DNA of 64,000 nt from a virus. Lineage: Duplodnaviria; Caudoviricetes. The notes under the pieces were generated by a model that saw nothing but the letters and a program-made list of their open reading frames with translations, was not told where the DNA came from and searched no databases. The DNA lies in the IMG/VR virus record IMGVR_UViG_3300009101_000006, positions 3,247-67,246 of that record; one strand, 5' to 3'. Position numbers and translations under genes: made by a program. Every line of letters begins with the position of its first letter. The first letter of the stretch is position 1. Positions 35,119 to 44,940 of this stretch are shown in pieces.

Positions 35119-36671
35119 CAGATCCACGGGCAATAGCGCCCCTCCCTGCTGTCCACGGCGGTCAGGCGCCGCCTCGCCCTCGTCACTCCAACGTACCACA
35201 CGCGGCGCTCGTCGTCCGGGTTGGTCTCCATCTCCCGATACGTGCGCGTCGCCATCTCGGTCAGTAGCACCACGTGATCCGCCTCGCCGCCCTTGGCGCT
35301 GTGGATGGTGCTGATGCGCACGCGCGGGCGCGCACCGACGCTCTCGCCCCGCCTCAGAGCCGCCAGCACGTAGGCGACGTCCTCCTGCGGCAACCGCTCC
35401 AGGGCCTGGAACCACGGGATCTCCAGGGACGCCCTGAGGCCGCCGAACTGAGCCAGCTCCGCGCCGCTCACCTTCTCGTGGTCGTCGCCGAGGTCGGGCA
35501 GCTTCTTGTGTCCGCGCTTCACCTGCGAGTTGGCGGTCAGGTATTCGTACATGCCGCGCGCCGCGCCGACCGTGATCTGCTGTCCACGCGCCAGCGCCGT
35601 CCAGTTGCGAGCGGCGGCCAGCGCGTCCAGGTCGAGGCTGGACTTGCCGCCGCTGGTCTCGTACACGACGCCCTGAGCACGCAGCAGCGGCTCGACGTCG
35701 CGCCGCAGGAGATACACGTTGCGCGCCAGCACCAGAACCGGCGGACGCGCGTGCCCCGTGTCGTCCTCCGCCCACGAGTCGTCCACGTCCGCGTCCGAGA
35801 ACGATGCCACGCGCCCGAACTTCCCGTTCTCACCGTCGCGCGCCCGCCACACCTTGTCGCGTCGTCTCGAGATCCCCCCGACTATCTCGTTCGAGAGAAG
35901 CTGGATGGCCGGGGGGCACCGCCAGGACTGACCTAGCACGCGGACGTCGCCGCGCAGATCGATCAGGTGGTCCACGTCGGCGCCCGCCCAGCGGTAGATG
36001 GCCTGATCGTCGTCACCGGCCACGCACACGCGACGGGCGCCGCGCGCGAGCTGCCAGAACACGCGCCACTGAAGACGAGAGAAGTCCTGCGTCTCGTCTC
36101 CGATCAGCACGTCGATCGGAACGCTGGTTCCGATGCGCACGAACTCGGACAGCATGTCCGTGTAGTCGAGCAATCCGTGGCGCTTCTTGTACTCCGAGAG
36201 GCAGCGCGCCACGCGGTCCAGCTCGTCCCAGTTCAGTCCGTCGTCGTTCTCGTCGTAGAGTTCCCGGAGCGGTGTCTCGGTGATCCTGGACAAGTTCTCC
36301 ATGAACAGCATGCGATCGCCGGTCTCGAAGCCCTCCAGCATCCCGTCGTCGGACCACGCGCGTCCTGTCACGCGGATACCGGCCCAGTCCGCGAACTCGT
36401 TGAATTTCTTGCCCACCAGAAGATCGTTGCTGGTGAGACCGAGCACGCGAAAGCAGAGCGAGTGCAGCGTGCGGAAGTACTGGAGCTGACTGCGCTCGAA
36501 GCCGAACCGCGCGACAGCGCGGTCCCTCGCCTCGTTCGCCGCCTTCGTTGTGAACGACAGAAACCCGACTCGGGCCGGGTCGGTGCCCGCCGCCAACTCC
36601 TGGTCGAGCACGTTCAGCAGCGTCGTTGTCTTGCCCGTGCCCGGTGGTCCGAGATAGATCTCCGGCGTCAT
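35118..36671 (-). CDS. UvrD/Rep-family SF1 helicase
   Basis: GPPGTGKTT, DETQD, AGDDDQAIY, QSWR, STIHSAKGGEAD, YVGVTRAR. Confidence 0.95.
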   Translation of the reverse strand: MTPEIYLGPPGTGKTTTLLNVLDQELAAGTDPARVGFLSFTTKAANEARDRAVARFGFERSQLQYFRTLHSLCFRVLGLTSNDLLVGKKFNEFADWAGIRVTGRAWSDDGMLEGFETGDRMLFMENLSRITETPLRELYDENDDGLNWDELDRVARCLSEYKKRHGLLDYTDMLSEFVRIGTSVPIDVLIGDETQDFSRLQWRVFWQLARGARRVCVAGDDDQAIYRWAGADVDHLIDLRGDVRVLGQSWRCPPAIQLLSNEIVGGISRRRDKVWRARDGENGKFGRVASFSDADVDDSWAEDDTGHARPPVLVLARNVYLLRRDVEPLLRAQGVVYETSGGKSSLDLDALAAARNWTALARGQQITVGAARGMYEYLTANSQVKRGHKKLPDLGDDHEKVSGAELAQFGGLRASLEIPWFQALERLPQEDVAYVLAALRRGESVGARPRVRISTIHSAKGGEADHVVLLTEMATRTYREMETNPDDERRVWYVGVTRARRRLTAVDSREGRYCPWI

Positions 36672-36913
36672 CTGTCAATCCCCGGCTTCATGAAGTCAGG
36701 CCACGGGCGCTCGCCGCGGAGACACTCGAAGTATTCACGATCCGCTGCTTCGACGAGACGATGCCCACCCCACACCTCGCGGATGCGAAGAATGATGAAT
36801 ATCATGTGCTCCACGCCCTCCTTCATGTCACCCATGTTCTCGAGAAGATCAACACCTCGATACGTCTTCTTCTCGTCGTCCGTCAGACAGTGCTGATAAC
36901 TCCCCGCCATCAC
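36668..36913 (-). CDS. Hypothetical protein
   Basis: Coupled ORF. Confidence 0.55.
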   Translation of the reverse strand: MMAGSYQHCLTDDEKKTYRGVDLLENMGDMKEGVEHMIFIILRIREVWGGHRLVEAADREYFECLRGERPWPDFMKPGIDR

Positions 36914-37446
36914 TCAATCTCCAATATCTTCTTGCGACTGAGCTCGGGGCAGTCGCACTCCCCGCACGGAATTATCGCACGGGCGCAGGACTCCCGCAAG
37001 GTCATGCCAGTGTTGATGATCACCTGCACCGCGCGGTCGTCCCACTGCTCGATCATGTCGGCGTCCTTGAAGCACTGCACGGGCAGGCGCGGAAGTCCGT
37101 GTCGCTCGCAGTGGTCGCGAACGGCCTCCGCCATCATGTGATCAGAGAAGTTCATGCGCGTCACGCGGCACTTGCCAGTGAACTCGCGGCTGTAGATATT
37201 CTCGAAGTTGGCAGTTTCGTCGGCAGATGCCATCACGGGCAGTCCGACGCGCGCCGTCACGATCTTGACGAGAATCCCGGCCTCGTGCCACGCGAGCACG
37301 CGATCGATCATCGGCCTGATGGGCTCGCCGAACACGTTCCAGCCGACCCAGTGGGTATATGTGAACATCGTGCCGTCCAGGTCCACGCCGATCCAGCCGC
37401 CGCTCCGCGCGAGTCTCAGGTATCTCTCGGGTATCTCGATCTTCAT
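36910..37446 (-). CDS. HAD-superfamily phosphatase
   Basis: IGVDLDGT motif I, IVTAR motif II, K...WDDRAVQV. Confidence 0.8.
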   Translation of the reverse strand: MKIEIPERYLRLARSGGWIGVDLDGTMFTYTHWVGWNVFGEPIRPMIDRVLAWHEAGILVKIVTARVGLPVMASADETANFENIYSREFTGKCRVTRMNFSDHMMAEAVRDHCERHGLPRLPVQCFKDADMIEQWDDRAVQVIINTGMTLRESCARAIIPCGECDCPELSRKKILEIE

Positions 37447-37679
37447 GACTTTTCCTTTCTTATGAGAACAGCGCCATCTGGGAGCTTGTTCTCGTAGTAG
37501 ATCCAGTTGTGCACGCCGCTCGCAGACGGACACTCGTCGTCGCCGTAGCAGTACAGACAATCCCCGCACTCGTCGCAGAAATCTTCGCCGCAGACTGGCG
37601 CCGCCCTTTCCACGTGTCCGATGATCTCAGTTCCATGAGAATCGTACACCGGGACAAGATGCGGCGCCAAGCTCACCAC
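37443..37679 (-). CDS. Small Cys-rich protein
   Basis: CGEDFCDECGDCLYC. Confidence 0.55.
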   Translation of the reverse strand: MVSLAPHLVPVYDSHGTEIIGHVERAAPVCGEDFCDECGDCLYCYGDDECPSASGVHNWIYYENKLPDGAVLIRKEKS

Positions 37680-38137
37680 GACGCTCGCTCCCGGATGTCG
37701 TCCTGCGTCTGGAACAGAACGGGATGGGCCGGACGCCGCCAGTCCAGCGCCAGCGGGATCAGCCAGTGAAGATTACCGACGACGGGAATGCCGCTCAATC
37801 GAGTTCCGACGTCGTGGAACATGAGGTGCTCGCCGGCGTCGTTGTAGATCGGGATCGAGTGCACACGTCCGCGCCAGTCGATGCGCGACCAGTAGAAGTG
37901 AACCACGTAGTCCCGGCCCATCTCGGTCGCGAAGTGTCGCCACTCCTCCTGTTTCGTCTCGACGCCGACCTCCTCGCGAAATTCGCGGACCATGGCGTGC
38001 ACGGGTGTCTCGTGGTCGTCCGCCTTGCCGCCGACACCGTTCCACAATCCGTGTTGCCACTCGGGCGTCTCCTTGCAGACGAGCAGCACATTCTCGTCGT
38101 GGAAGGCGAATCCAGCCACCATTGTCTTCATAGCCAT
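37673..38137 (-). CDS. Nudix hydrolase
   Basis: GGKADDHETPVHAMVREFREEVG Nudix box. Confidence 0.9.
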   Translation of the reverse strand: MAMKTMVAGFAFHDENVLLVCKETPEWQHGLWNGVGGKADDHETPVHAMVREFREEVGVETKQEEWRHFATEMGRDYVVHFYWSRIDWRGRVHSIPIYNDAGEHLMFHDVGTRLSGIPVVGNLHWLIPLALDWRRPAHPVLFQTQDDIRERASW

Positions 38138-38150
38138 CTCGCTTCTCCTT

Positions 38151-38360
38151 CTAGCCGAACTGTTTCGCGTGCTCGGGGCAGTAGTGTCTCGGCCTCGACA
38201 CGCCTCCCTCGTACTCGGGCACGTAGACCCAGCCGTGCGCCCGCGCCTCGCGCCATCCGTCCTTGAACTGACCGCTCTCGGACTGGAAGTTGACGCGACA
38301 TCCGGCCTTGTCGCAGTCGAACATCATCGAGTTACTGTTCTTGTCGTACTTGCTCGTCAT
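38151..38360 (-). CDS. Small Zn-binding hypothetical protein
   Basis: CDKAGC...GW...HYCPEH. Confidence 0.6.
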   Translation of the reverse strand: MTSKYDKNSNSMMFDCDKAGCRVNFQSESGQFKDGWREARAHGWVYVPEYEGGVSRPRHYCPEHAKQFG

Positions 38361-38815
38361 GCTCCCTCCATCGCGGGCTTCAAGAATCTCCATTCCGGCG
38401 GCTCTCGCTCCCTGGTCTTCGCGCACCACAGATACCAGACGAGAATCCACAATAGACTCTTGATTGCGCTCATCCAGTCCAGGAAGACCAGTTCTCCGAG
38501 CATCTCGCCAAAATCGTATCCTATCAGTAGTGTTCTGAGAAAGCGCAGGTCTTCTCGGTTGCGCTCCGCAGATTTGTTGTGCGCGAAGGGGAACCGGATC
38601 TGTTGGTCGTGATACACGACACACACGATCGTGACCACGGCGAACAGGAACAATCTTATCGGATAAATCGTCGCTCGGTTAAAGACCAGTTCTGCGATTA
38701 TTATGATCACGAACTCCAGGAGACCGACGGTCACTCCGGTCCAGTCCCAGATTCGCAGATAGATCTCCTGAACCGCGTCGATCACGCGGCGATCCGCAGA
38801 CACTATCCAGCTCAT
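38357..38815 (-). CDS. Multi-pass membrane protein
   Basis: Several hydrophobic segments; coupled to primase. Confidence 0.65.
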   Translation of the reverse strand: MSWIVSADRRVIDAVQEIYLRIWDWTGVTVGLLEFVIIIIAELVFNRATIYPIRLFLFAVVTIVCVVYHDQQIRFPFAHNKSAERNREDLRFLRTLLIGYDFGEMLGELVFLDWMSAIKSLLWILVWYLWCAKTREREPPEWRFLKPAMEGA

Positions 38816-40404
38816 AGATCTTCTCCCTTCATGCGCGGCGTGGCCGCCTCCTGGGTCCGTGATACCGCGGAGCTCGGAATCCACCAAAGACTCCGGTAGC
38901 CGATCCCCTTGATGTTGATGCCGTGGTGCGCACCACCCATCTTCCGTATCAGGCTCGTGATGCGCCCGCGATGTTTCGCGAGATCCTTCATGCCGTCCCG
39001 ATCGAGAATCTTCTGGAGCGACGACAGCTTGAAGTAGTGTCGCCCGTTCTCCTCGTCCTCCCACGGACGCCCCTGAGCCAGATCCTCGATCACGCGCCCG
39101 CGCTGCCGGTTCGTCAGGAACGTCTCGAGAAGCTCCGTGAACTGACTTCCCGGCGCCAGATCGTCCGGCGTCTCGAGGATCTCGAGATTCTGCATCACGT
39201 CGTTGAGCACGCCGAACCACACGTTCTGCGATATGATAGCGAACGACTTGTGAACATACTCCATGCACAGACGATGGAATCTGTGATAGTTCTGAAGATC
39301 CTCCGTGGACATCGGTATCTTGGCGCCCTCGACGTCGACAAACCACAGCGGCGGCTCGCTGTTCAACTTCGATATGTGCTGGATCTGCGGATACGTGCCG
39401 CCCGCCCCCACGCCGAACTTGCGCGATCGGCACTGCATCGCGTCGCAGTGGCTCTGCATCGGCTGGTCCTTGCACTTGTACTGGTAGTCCTTCCGTTCCA
39501 GGGACTTGATCGTGACCGCCAGCTTGTCGATCGGATACGGCGGATCGCAGTGATCGTGCGCCGACTTCTCCAATCGCTGCGCCCAGTCGTCCGGAAACTT
39601 GCGCTTGTAGTACACGCCGAGATGAAACAGAAAGTTGTTCTGCCCGCCCTGCTTCACGCCCCCCGACATCACTAGATGTTGGATGCAAGGAGGTCCATCG
39701 GTAAACGGGGGCTTCTCCTTCCGGGGCTTCCGGGATCCGTTGCTGTTCTCGCTGCGAAAGGTTGCGAAGTCTTCGGGACGAACGCGCATGCGCTCGGCCT
39801 CGTGCAGGAATTCGGACAGGGTCATCTCGGCGCCCGTGCGCTTGAGCCCGGCCTGCATCCGCAGCTTGTCGCCGTAGGTCGTGCCGCAGTACGGCATGAC
39901 TATCCAGCTCGGCTTCTCTCCGCGATCTGCGAGCAGCTTGGTCTGCTTCGGAAAGATTTCGGAGTTCGCGTATCCTATGCTCGCCATCATCTCCCGAAGC
40001 GTGGACTGCATGAGCGCGGCCTCGACGGGCTCCGTCGAGAACAAGAACAGATGCAACCCGCCGGACTTGCTGCGGCACGGAAGCAGCGGATATTTCCGCT
40101 CGGTCACGCGTCGTATGATCTCGTCGTGATCCGCGTCGTAGTCGTCGATGTCTCCACTTCCCCAGACGCATCTGTTGTCGTTGCGAATAGGTGCCACGCC
40201 GAGCGGCAGCGTGTTCATCTCGGACAGGTGTCTCGTCCAGAGCGCGGGTGTAGCCGCTCCGCTCAGAGTCTTGGCCGTCGAGCGTATCTCCCATTTCACG
40301 CCACCCTGGGGATCGAGCGTCGGCTCTCCGTGCGTTCCGTGATACTGCTCGTTTCCCGCGAACAGTTCTGACATCCTCTCCGCGTCTGATTTCTTGGCAG
40401 GCAT
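38812..40404 (-). CDS. Archaeo-eukaryotic-type primase (TOTE-like AEP) with PriCT-like domain
   Basis: GSGDIDDY, RSKSGGLHLFLF, EIFPKQ, GPPC...NNFLFHLGVY. Confidence 0.8.
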   Translation of the reverse strand: MPAKKSDAERMSELFAGNEQYHGTHGEPTLDPQGGVKWEIRSTAKTLSGAATPALWTRHLSEMNTLPLGVAPIRNDNRCVWGSGDIDDYDADHDEIIRRVTERKYPLLPCRSKSGGLHLFLFSTEPVEAALMQSTLREMMASIGYANSEIFPKQTKLLADRGEKPSWIVMPYCGTTYGDKLRMQAGLKRTGAEMTLSEFLHEAERMRVRPEDFATFRSENSNGSRKPRKEKPPFTDGPPCIQHLVMSGGVKQGGQNNFLFHLGVYYKRKFPDDWAQRLEKSAHDHCDPPYPIDKLAVTIKSLERKDYQYKCKDQPMQSHCDAMQCRSRKFGVGAGGTYPQIQHISKLNSEPPLWFVDVEGAKIPMSTEDLQNYHRFHRLCMEYVHKSFAIISQNVWFGVLNDVMQNLEILETPDDLAPGSQFTELLETFLTNRQRGRVIEDLAQGRPWEDEENGRHYFKLSSLQKILDRDGMKDLAKHRGRITSLIRKMGGAHHGINIKGIGYRSLWWIPSSAVSRTQEAATPRMKGEDL

Positions 40405-40434
40405 TCCAGGCTTCCCCGTGCATCAGAGAAATTT

Positions 40435-40460
40435 GGGGAGAGCCTGTTAGAGCTCTCCCC
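40435..40460 (-). terminator. Hairpin after SSB, possible terminator or attenuator
   Basis: GGGGAGAGC/GCTCTCCCC 9-bp stem; weak U tract. Confidence 0.45.
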
Positions 40461-40466
40461 GCAGTT

Positions 40467-41396
40467 TCACATGTCGTCGGAGCCCGAGCCCGCTTCGCCG
40501 TCGTCGGTCTGGTTGGAATCGGGGGCGTCGGCCTTCAGGGCGCCGGACGCGAAGTCCGCGTGGATCTTCTTCGCGGCGCGGTAGATAGCGAGATCGTCGA
40601 CGAACATCGGAACGGCGCTGCCGTCCTCCTCGCCGGCGTGGGATGCGCGGTAGCCGTACCAGCTTCCCTGATCGTTCTTCTTCGGGACGGTCTGGAGCCG
40701 GTACACGCAGGCGTAGCTCGGCGCGGTCGTGTCGTTGGGCAACAGCACGTTGTTCATGAGACCCATCCACTCCCGCGACGCCGTGTGGTTGGTCGACACC
40801 ATGGGGACGACGAGCGCAGTCGGGCGACCGCCGTTGACCTTGGGATCCACGACCAGGAAGACATGCTCTCGCGTCTCCACGACCGTGTTGCCGTTCGGCA
40901 TCTTCCACGCCGTCCGTTCCTTGCCGGATTCCTTGCTGACCTCGGTCTTGAGCTCGGCGGCATCCGGACGCGACGGATGACGCGCGACGAAGCCGCCGCG
41001 ATCCGGCTTCCACTCGATCCAGCACTTGTTGAAGTAGCACGGAACGCCGAGCAGACCGCTGTCCTCGTTCTCCGTGTCGGCGTCGACGAACGTCATCGTG
41101 CCGCGCAACCAGAGGTCACCGGCCTTCGCGTCCTTGCCGAGATACTTGATCTTGTCGGCACGATCGAGTTGTGGTGAGTTGGACTGGATAATGTAGAGAA
41201 GCGGGACGATGTTGTCTTCCATCGCCGTGGAGACGCCCTTGCCCGCGTCGCCCTGCATCATCTTCAGGAGCTCGGGATCGGCTGGAAGACCGCCGCCCTT
41301 CTTCGTCGCCACGGCCTTGGACAGATTCGGCTTCTGCTCGGTCTGCTTGTCGGTCGACTTGTTCTTGGTCGCGGTGTTGCTGACACCCTTCGCCAT
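40467..41396 (-). CDS. Putative single-stranded DNA-binding protein
   Basis: Aromatic-rich beta core and acidic C-tail; position next to primase. Confidence 0.65.
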   Translation of the reverse strand: MAKGVSNTATKNKSTDKQTEQKPNLSKAVATKKGGGLPADPELLKMMQGDAGKGVSTAMEDNIVPLLYIIQSNSPQLDRADKIKYLGKDAKAGDLWLRGTMTFVDADTENEDSGLLGVPCYFNKCWIEWKPDRGGFVARHPSRPDAAELKTEVSKESGKERTAWKMPNGNTVVETREHVFLVVDPKVNGGRPTALVVPMVSTNHTASREWMGLMNNVLLPNDTTAPSYACVYRLQTVPKKNDQGSWYGYRASHAGEEDGSAVPMFVDDLAIYRAAKKIHADFASGALKADAPDSNQTDDGEAGSGSDDM

Positions 41397-41398
41397 AG

Positions 41399-42025
41399 TC
41401 ACTTCTCCTTCGCCTTCTTGATCTTTGCGACGCGCCCCACTGTTGCACCGAGCAGATCGAGCGGGGGCGTCTTGCCTTCTTCCTCGATCTGTTCCTTGAC
41501 GAACGCCGTGAGAGTATTCCACGGCACCCCGAATTCGTTCTTGACGCTGAGCTTCAGCTTGGTCGCCAGCTCGGTGATCTTCTTCTGCTGCGCGGCCGTA
41601 CCCTTGCCGCAACTGATCGTGATCGTGTTGCGCAGCATGCCGGGATGGTGCTTCCCGATCCACGCGAACGCCTTGCTGCGCTTCTCGTCCGGCCACTCCG
41701 CCGCGATGTTCGCGTGATAGTACGGTCCAACCTCGACCACGAAGGGCTTGTAGTTGCCCTCGGCCTCGAGAGTCATGTCGCGAACACCCGCGCCATCCAT
41801 GAGATCAACGAGTTCCCTCTCGGTGATCTCGAGACGACGCTGCTTGAGATGGGAGATCTTTTCCTCGAACTCCCCGATGTGAAGTTCGATGTCGCGCAGG
41901 ACACGCATCTTTCTACGTATGGTGTCCAGCTTGTCGGGCGACGCCCGACCTGCCGCGTCGTCGATCATCTCGGCGATCACGTCCTGGGGTGGACGCGGCG
42001 CGGCGCGTCCCAGTGGCTTCTTCAT
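41399..42025 (-). CDS. Conserved phage replication-module protein (coiled coil + beta domain)
   Basis: N-terminal coiled coil, VPWNTLTAFVKEQIE motif; adjacent to SSB. Confidence 0.7.
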   Translation of the reverse strand: MKKPLGRAAPRPPQDVIAEMIDDAAGRASPDKLDTIRRKMRVLRDIELHIGEFEEKISHLKQRRLEITERELVDLMDGAGVRDMTLEAEGNYKPFVVEVGPYYHANIAAEWPDEKRSKAFAWIGKHHPGMLRNTITISCGKGTAAQQKKITELATKLKLSVKNEFGVPWNTLTAFVKEQIEEEGKTPPLDLLGATVGRVAKIKKAKEK

Positions 42026-42260
42026 GTGAGAGGTCCCGTGCTAGTGGGGGCAGAACCGCAAGTGTGGCACGCGTCGTGGACACTTGCAAGTGCGCCCGCC
42101 GCGTCCCTGGGGAGGGGACGAGCGGGCGCCAGAGTTTGCGGCACGTCTTGCACGGGAGGGCCGCGCTGCTCGCCGGGGTACGACTGGGGAAGTTGTTTGC
42201 GGCGAGCAGGCAGACATAGAATGGCATGTTCCGGGGGCCGCCGCAAGTGGGCAGGTTCTA

Positions 42261-42350
42261 ATTATTGGTTTATCAGATTTTCCCTACGCGCGCGTACGTG
42301 AGGATCGTCCTTCTCTACGCGCGCGAATCAATAATCTGATAAACCAATAA
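42261..42350. repeat. 44-bp element copy 2, embedded in an 18-bp perfect inverted repeat
   Basis: TTATTGGTTTATCAGATT (42262-42279) / AATCTGATAAACCAATAA (42333-42350), enclosing two CTACGCGCGCG boxes. Confidence 0.95.
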
Positions 42351-42474
42351 GTGCCCGCGCGAGCAGGCACTTACTTTCACTTGATGTCCTCGCGATTATT
42401 GATAATCTCGCCGTGCTTGCGGGTGCCCCCCGCCCGAGCGAGAATGGGTACGCACGCGAGCGCAGGAGACACAC

Positions 42475-43980
42475 GTGACGAGATATACACCAGCCCGGCC
42501 GCCCATGGGCCACCAGACCAATGCGATACAGGCGGCCGCCTCCGCCCCGGAGAACCCCTGTCCGGAGGACGTGTTTGCATACCTCATGGACTACGGGACA
42601 GGGAAGTCCCAGGTCATCCTGGACGAGTGGGGAGAGATGGCGACGGGCGGGGGGCCGCAGGATCTGCTGCAGATCGCGCCGAAGGGATCATACCGGAACT
42701 GGTTCCAGGACAAGAGCGATCTGCAGAAGGCCGAGATCGCGCACATGGACCCCGAGTTCAGGTCGCGCATGCGCGTCGCTCACTGGAGCGCGGGGATGGG
42801 ACGGGAGCATCGCAGGCGCCTGGAGACGTTCATGCGAGGCGGAGGCGAGAAGGATCCACCGCGCGCGCTGTTCGTCAACATCGAGTCACTCTCCAAGGAG
42901 GGAGCGGCGCGGGAGCTTGTTGAGGAGTTCGTTCAGCAGCGCTGGTGCTACGGCTCGATCGACGAGAGCACCATTATCAAGGGACGAAAGAGCGAGCGCG
43001 CCAAGTTCCTGGTGCGCAGAATCGCGGACGATCTCGTGGTTCGTCGGATAGCGACGGGACTTCTTACGCCGCAGGGGCCGATGGACACGTGGATGCAATT
43101 TGCGTTCCTGTCGCGGAAGATCCTTGGGTGCAGATCGTACCAGGACTTCCAGGGACGGTACGCGATCACGCGCAGGATGTCGGCCGGCAACCGCACGTTC
43201 GACGTCATCGTGGACTACAGGGAGCTCGACGATCTCCGGGACCGGATCGCGCCGTACAGCTTTCGCGTGCTGAAGTCCGAGTGCCTGGACCTGGAGCCGA
43301 AGAAGTACGTTCTATGGGAGTCCGAGCACACGAGCGAGCAGCGGCAGCACTACACGCAGCTCCGGGACGAGGCCGTCACGCAGCTCTGCACAGGAGAATT
43401 CGTGCAGACGGAGCACGTCATGACGCGTGTCATGCGCCTGCACCAGATCAACTGTGGCTTCGTGACCGACGAGCATGGAGTGGTGCACGACATCCCGAGC
43501 AATCGCGAGAAGGAGCTCGTCGAGATCCTGGGACTGCATCGCGGGAAGGCGGTCATCTGGACACCGTTTCTTCGCACCATTCCCAAGATACGGGCGGCTC
43601 TCGAGGAGGCTTTCGGCGACGCGGGCGGTCGGCGAGTGGCCGTGTTCTCCGGCATGAACCAGAAGACGCGTCTCGAGGACGAGCGACGTTTTCTAGGAGA
43701 CCCCGAGTGTCTGTTCATGATCGCGACGCAGGGCGCGGGTGCGCGCGGCAACACCTGGGTCGTCGCGGATCTGGAGATCTTCTTCGCGAACAGCAGCGAC
43801 CTGGAGCAGAGGAACAACGCGGAGGATCGCCTGCATCGCAAGGGGCAGACCAACCGCGTGACCGTGGTGGACATGGTGACGCCGGACACGGTAGACATGA
43901 AGATCGTGCGTCGCCTGCGCAAGAAGTTGAACACGGCGACGCACCTGACCGGGGAGGAGACGAGGGAGTGGCTGATCTGA
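42475..43980 (+). CDS. SNF2-like superfamily 2 helicase
   Basis: MDYGTGKS, IDEST, ATGLL, QGAGARGNT, EDRLHRKGQ. Confidence 0.9.
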   Translation: MTRYTPARPPMGHQTNAIQAAASAPENPCPEDVFAYLMDYGTGKSQVILDEWGEMATGGGPQDLLQIAPKGSYRNWFQDKSDLQKAEIAHMDPEFRSRMRVAHWSAGMGREHRRRLETFMRGGGEKDPPRALFVNIESLSKEGAARELVEEFVQQRWCYGSIDESTIIKGRKSERAKFLVRRIADDLVVRRIATGLLTPQGPMDTWMQFAFLSRKILGCRSYQDFQGRYAITRRMSAGNRTFDVIVDYRELDDLRDRIAPYSFRVLKSECLDLEPKKYVLWESEHTSEQRQHYTQLRDEAVTQLCTGEFVQTEHVMTRVMRLHQINCGFVTDEHGVVHDIPSNREKELVEILGLHRGKAVIWTPFLRTIPKIRAALEEAFGDAGGRRVAVFSGMNQKTRLEDERRFLGDPECLFMIATQGAGARGNTWVVADLEIFFANSSDLEQRNNAEDRLHRKGQTNRVTVVDMVTPDTVDMKIVRRLRKKLNTATHLTGEETREWLI

Positions 43981-44168
43981 TTGACCAGATGTCGGAGGCG
44001 ACCAGGATTCCCGTGCGCATGCTCGCGTGCGAGGTGCGCGGCGGCAGCGAGAAGGACGTGCGGAAGTATATCACGACTGCGAACGCGGGCAGGAAGCAGA
44101 TGCGACGCAGGATGCGCAGGTTGAAGGCGTTCCTGTATAAGATGTCGAGGAGACGAGGGAATGGTTGA
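43968..44168 (+). CDS. Small basic hypothetical protein
   Basis: GGGAG RBS, overlaps helicase stop. Confidence 0.5.
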   Translation: MADLIDQMSEATRIPVRMLACEVRGGSEKDVRKYITTANAGRKQMRRRMRRLKAFLYKMSRRRGNG

Positions 44169-44313
44169 TCTGAAGAAACCGTACTGGTGCAAGAACTGCG
44201 GCTGGAGCCGCGAGGAGGCCGAGAAGCGCTGCTCGTCGGCGAACTGCAAGGAGCGACGAGATCTCGAGGACTATCAACGACAGCGAAGCATGGAGGACGA
44301 CGATGTTTCTTGA
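44161..44313 (+). CDS. Small zinc-finger protein (50 aa)
   Basis: Manual translation MVDLKKPYWCKNCG...RCSSANCK. Confidence 0.5.
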   Translation: MVDLKKPYWCKNCGWSREEAEKRCSSANCKERRDLEDYQRQRSMEDDDVS

Positions 44314-44587
44314 CCACAATGGACGCCCGGCCGGAGACTGGGAGGACGACAGATTCCGCAACGATGCGCAGGGTCTGAGCAAGTACGTGCTGGCCGGCGT
44401 CAAGCGAGTGCAGCAAGCGAGACCACCGCAGATCTTCGACGGCATCGTGACGACGCACTGCATGATCGCGGGCATCGCATTCGCGGTCGGCGTTCTCATT
44501 CACAAGCTGCCGCAGAAGGACAGGAAGCAACTCCGCGATTACTTGGTTCACAAGCTGGACGACATGCTGAGGGAGCACGGAGCATGA
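44303..44587 (+). CDS. Hypothetical protein
   Basis: Coupled ORF. Confidence 0.6.
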   Translation: MFLDHNGRPAGDWEDDRFRNDAQGLSKYVLAGVKRVQQARPPQIFDGIVTTHCMIAGIAFAVGVLIHKLPQKDRKQLRDYLVHKLDDMLREHGA

Positions 44588-44826
44588 CGAAGGAGGAGAC
44601 ACTGCGAGAGGCGCTCGAGGGGCGCGGCTGCCTGGGCAAGGCGAAGCCTGACGAGCCCGTGTTCGTGTTCAGGGCCCAGGACGAGCTCGCACCGGAAATT
44701 GTCCGTGACTGGGCGGACATCGTTGCTACGCACGATCCCAACAGCTCGAAGGCGCACGCCGCGTCCAAGCTCGCCGACGAGATGGAGGCGTGGCAGGAGA
44801 AGAACGGCTGCAAGATGCCGGACTAG
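44584..44826 (+). CDS. Conserved small phage protein (DEPVFVFRAQD motif)
   Basis: DEPVFVFRAQDELAPEIVRDW pattern recurrent in phage hypotheticals. Confidence 0.7.
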   Translation: MTKEETLREALEGRGCLGKAKPDEPVFVFRAQDELAPEIVRDWADIVATHDPNSSKAHAASKLADEMEAWQEKNGCKMPD

Positions 44827-44837
44827 ATCTGTTCCGC

Positions 44838-44870
44838 AAAAAGACCCGGCGCGGGCAAAGCCCGGCCGGG
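44838..44870. terminator. Terminator between convergent operons
   Basis: AAAAA then CCCGGC-G-CGGGC-AAA-GCCCG-GCCGGG hairpin. Confidence 0.55.
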
Positions 44871-44940
44871 CAAGTTTCAGGGAGGTCCGGGGTGCGTCAA
44901 GCCCCGGAGACGAAGCGTTCCCGTGGCGGAACGCTCGACC

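Noticed and set aside
44584-44826. Possible anti-defence sponge (Acb2/Tad-like) given its size
   Set aside because: No recognisable similarity to Acb2, Tad1 or Tad2 sequences as I recall them; left as hypothetical.
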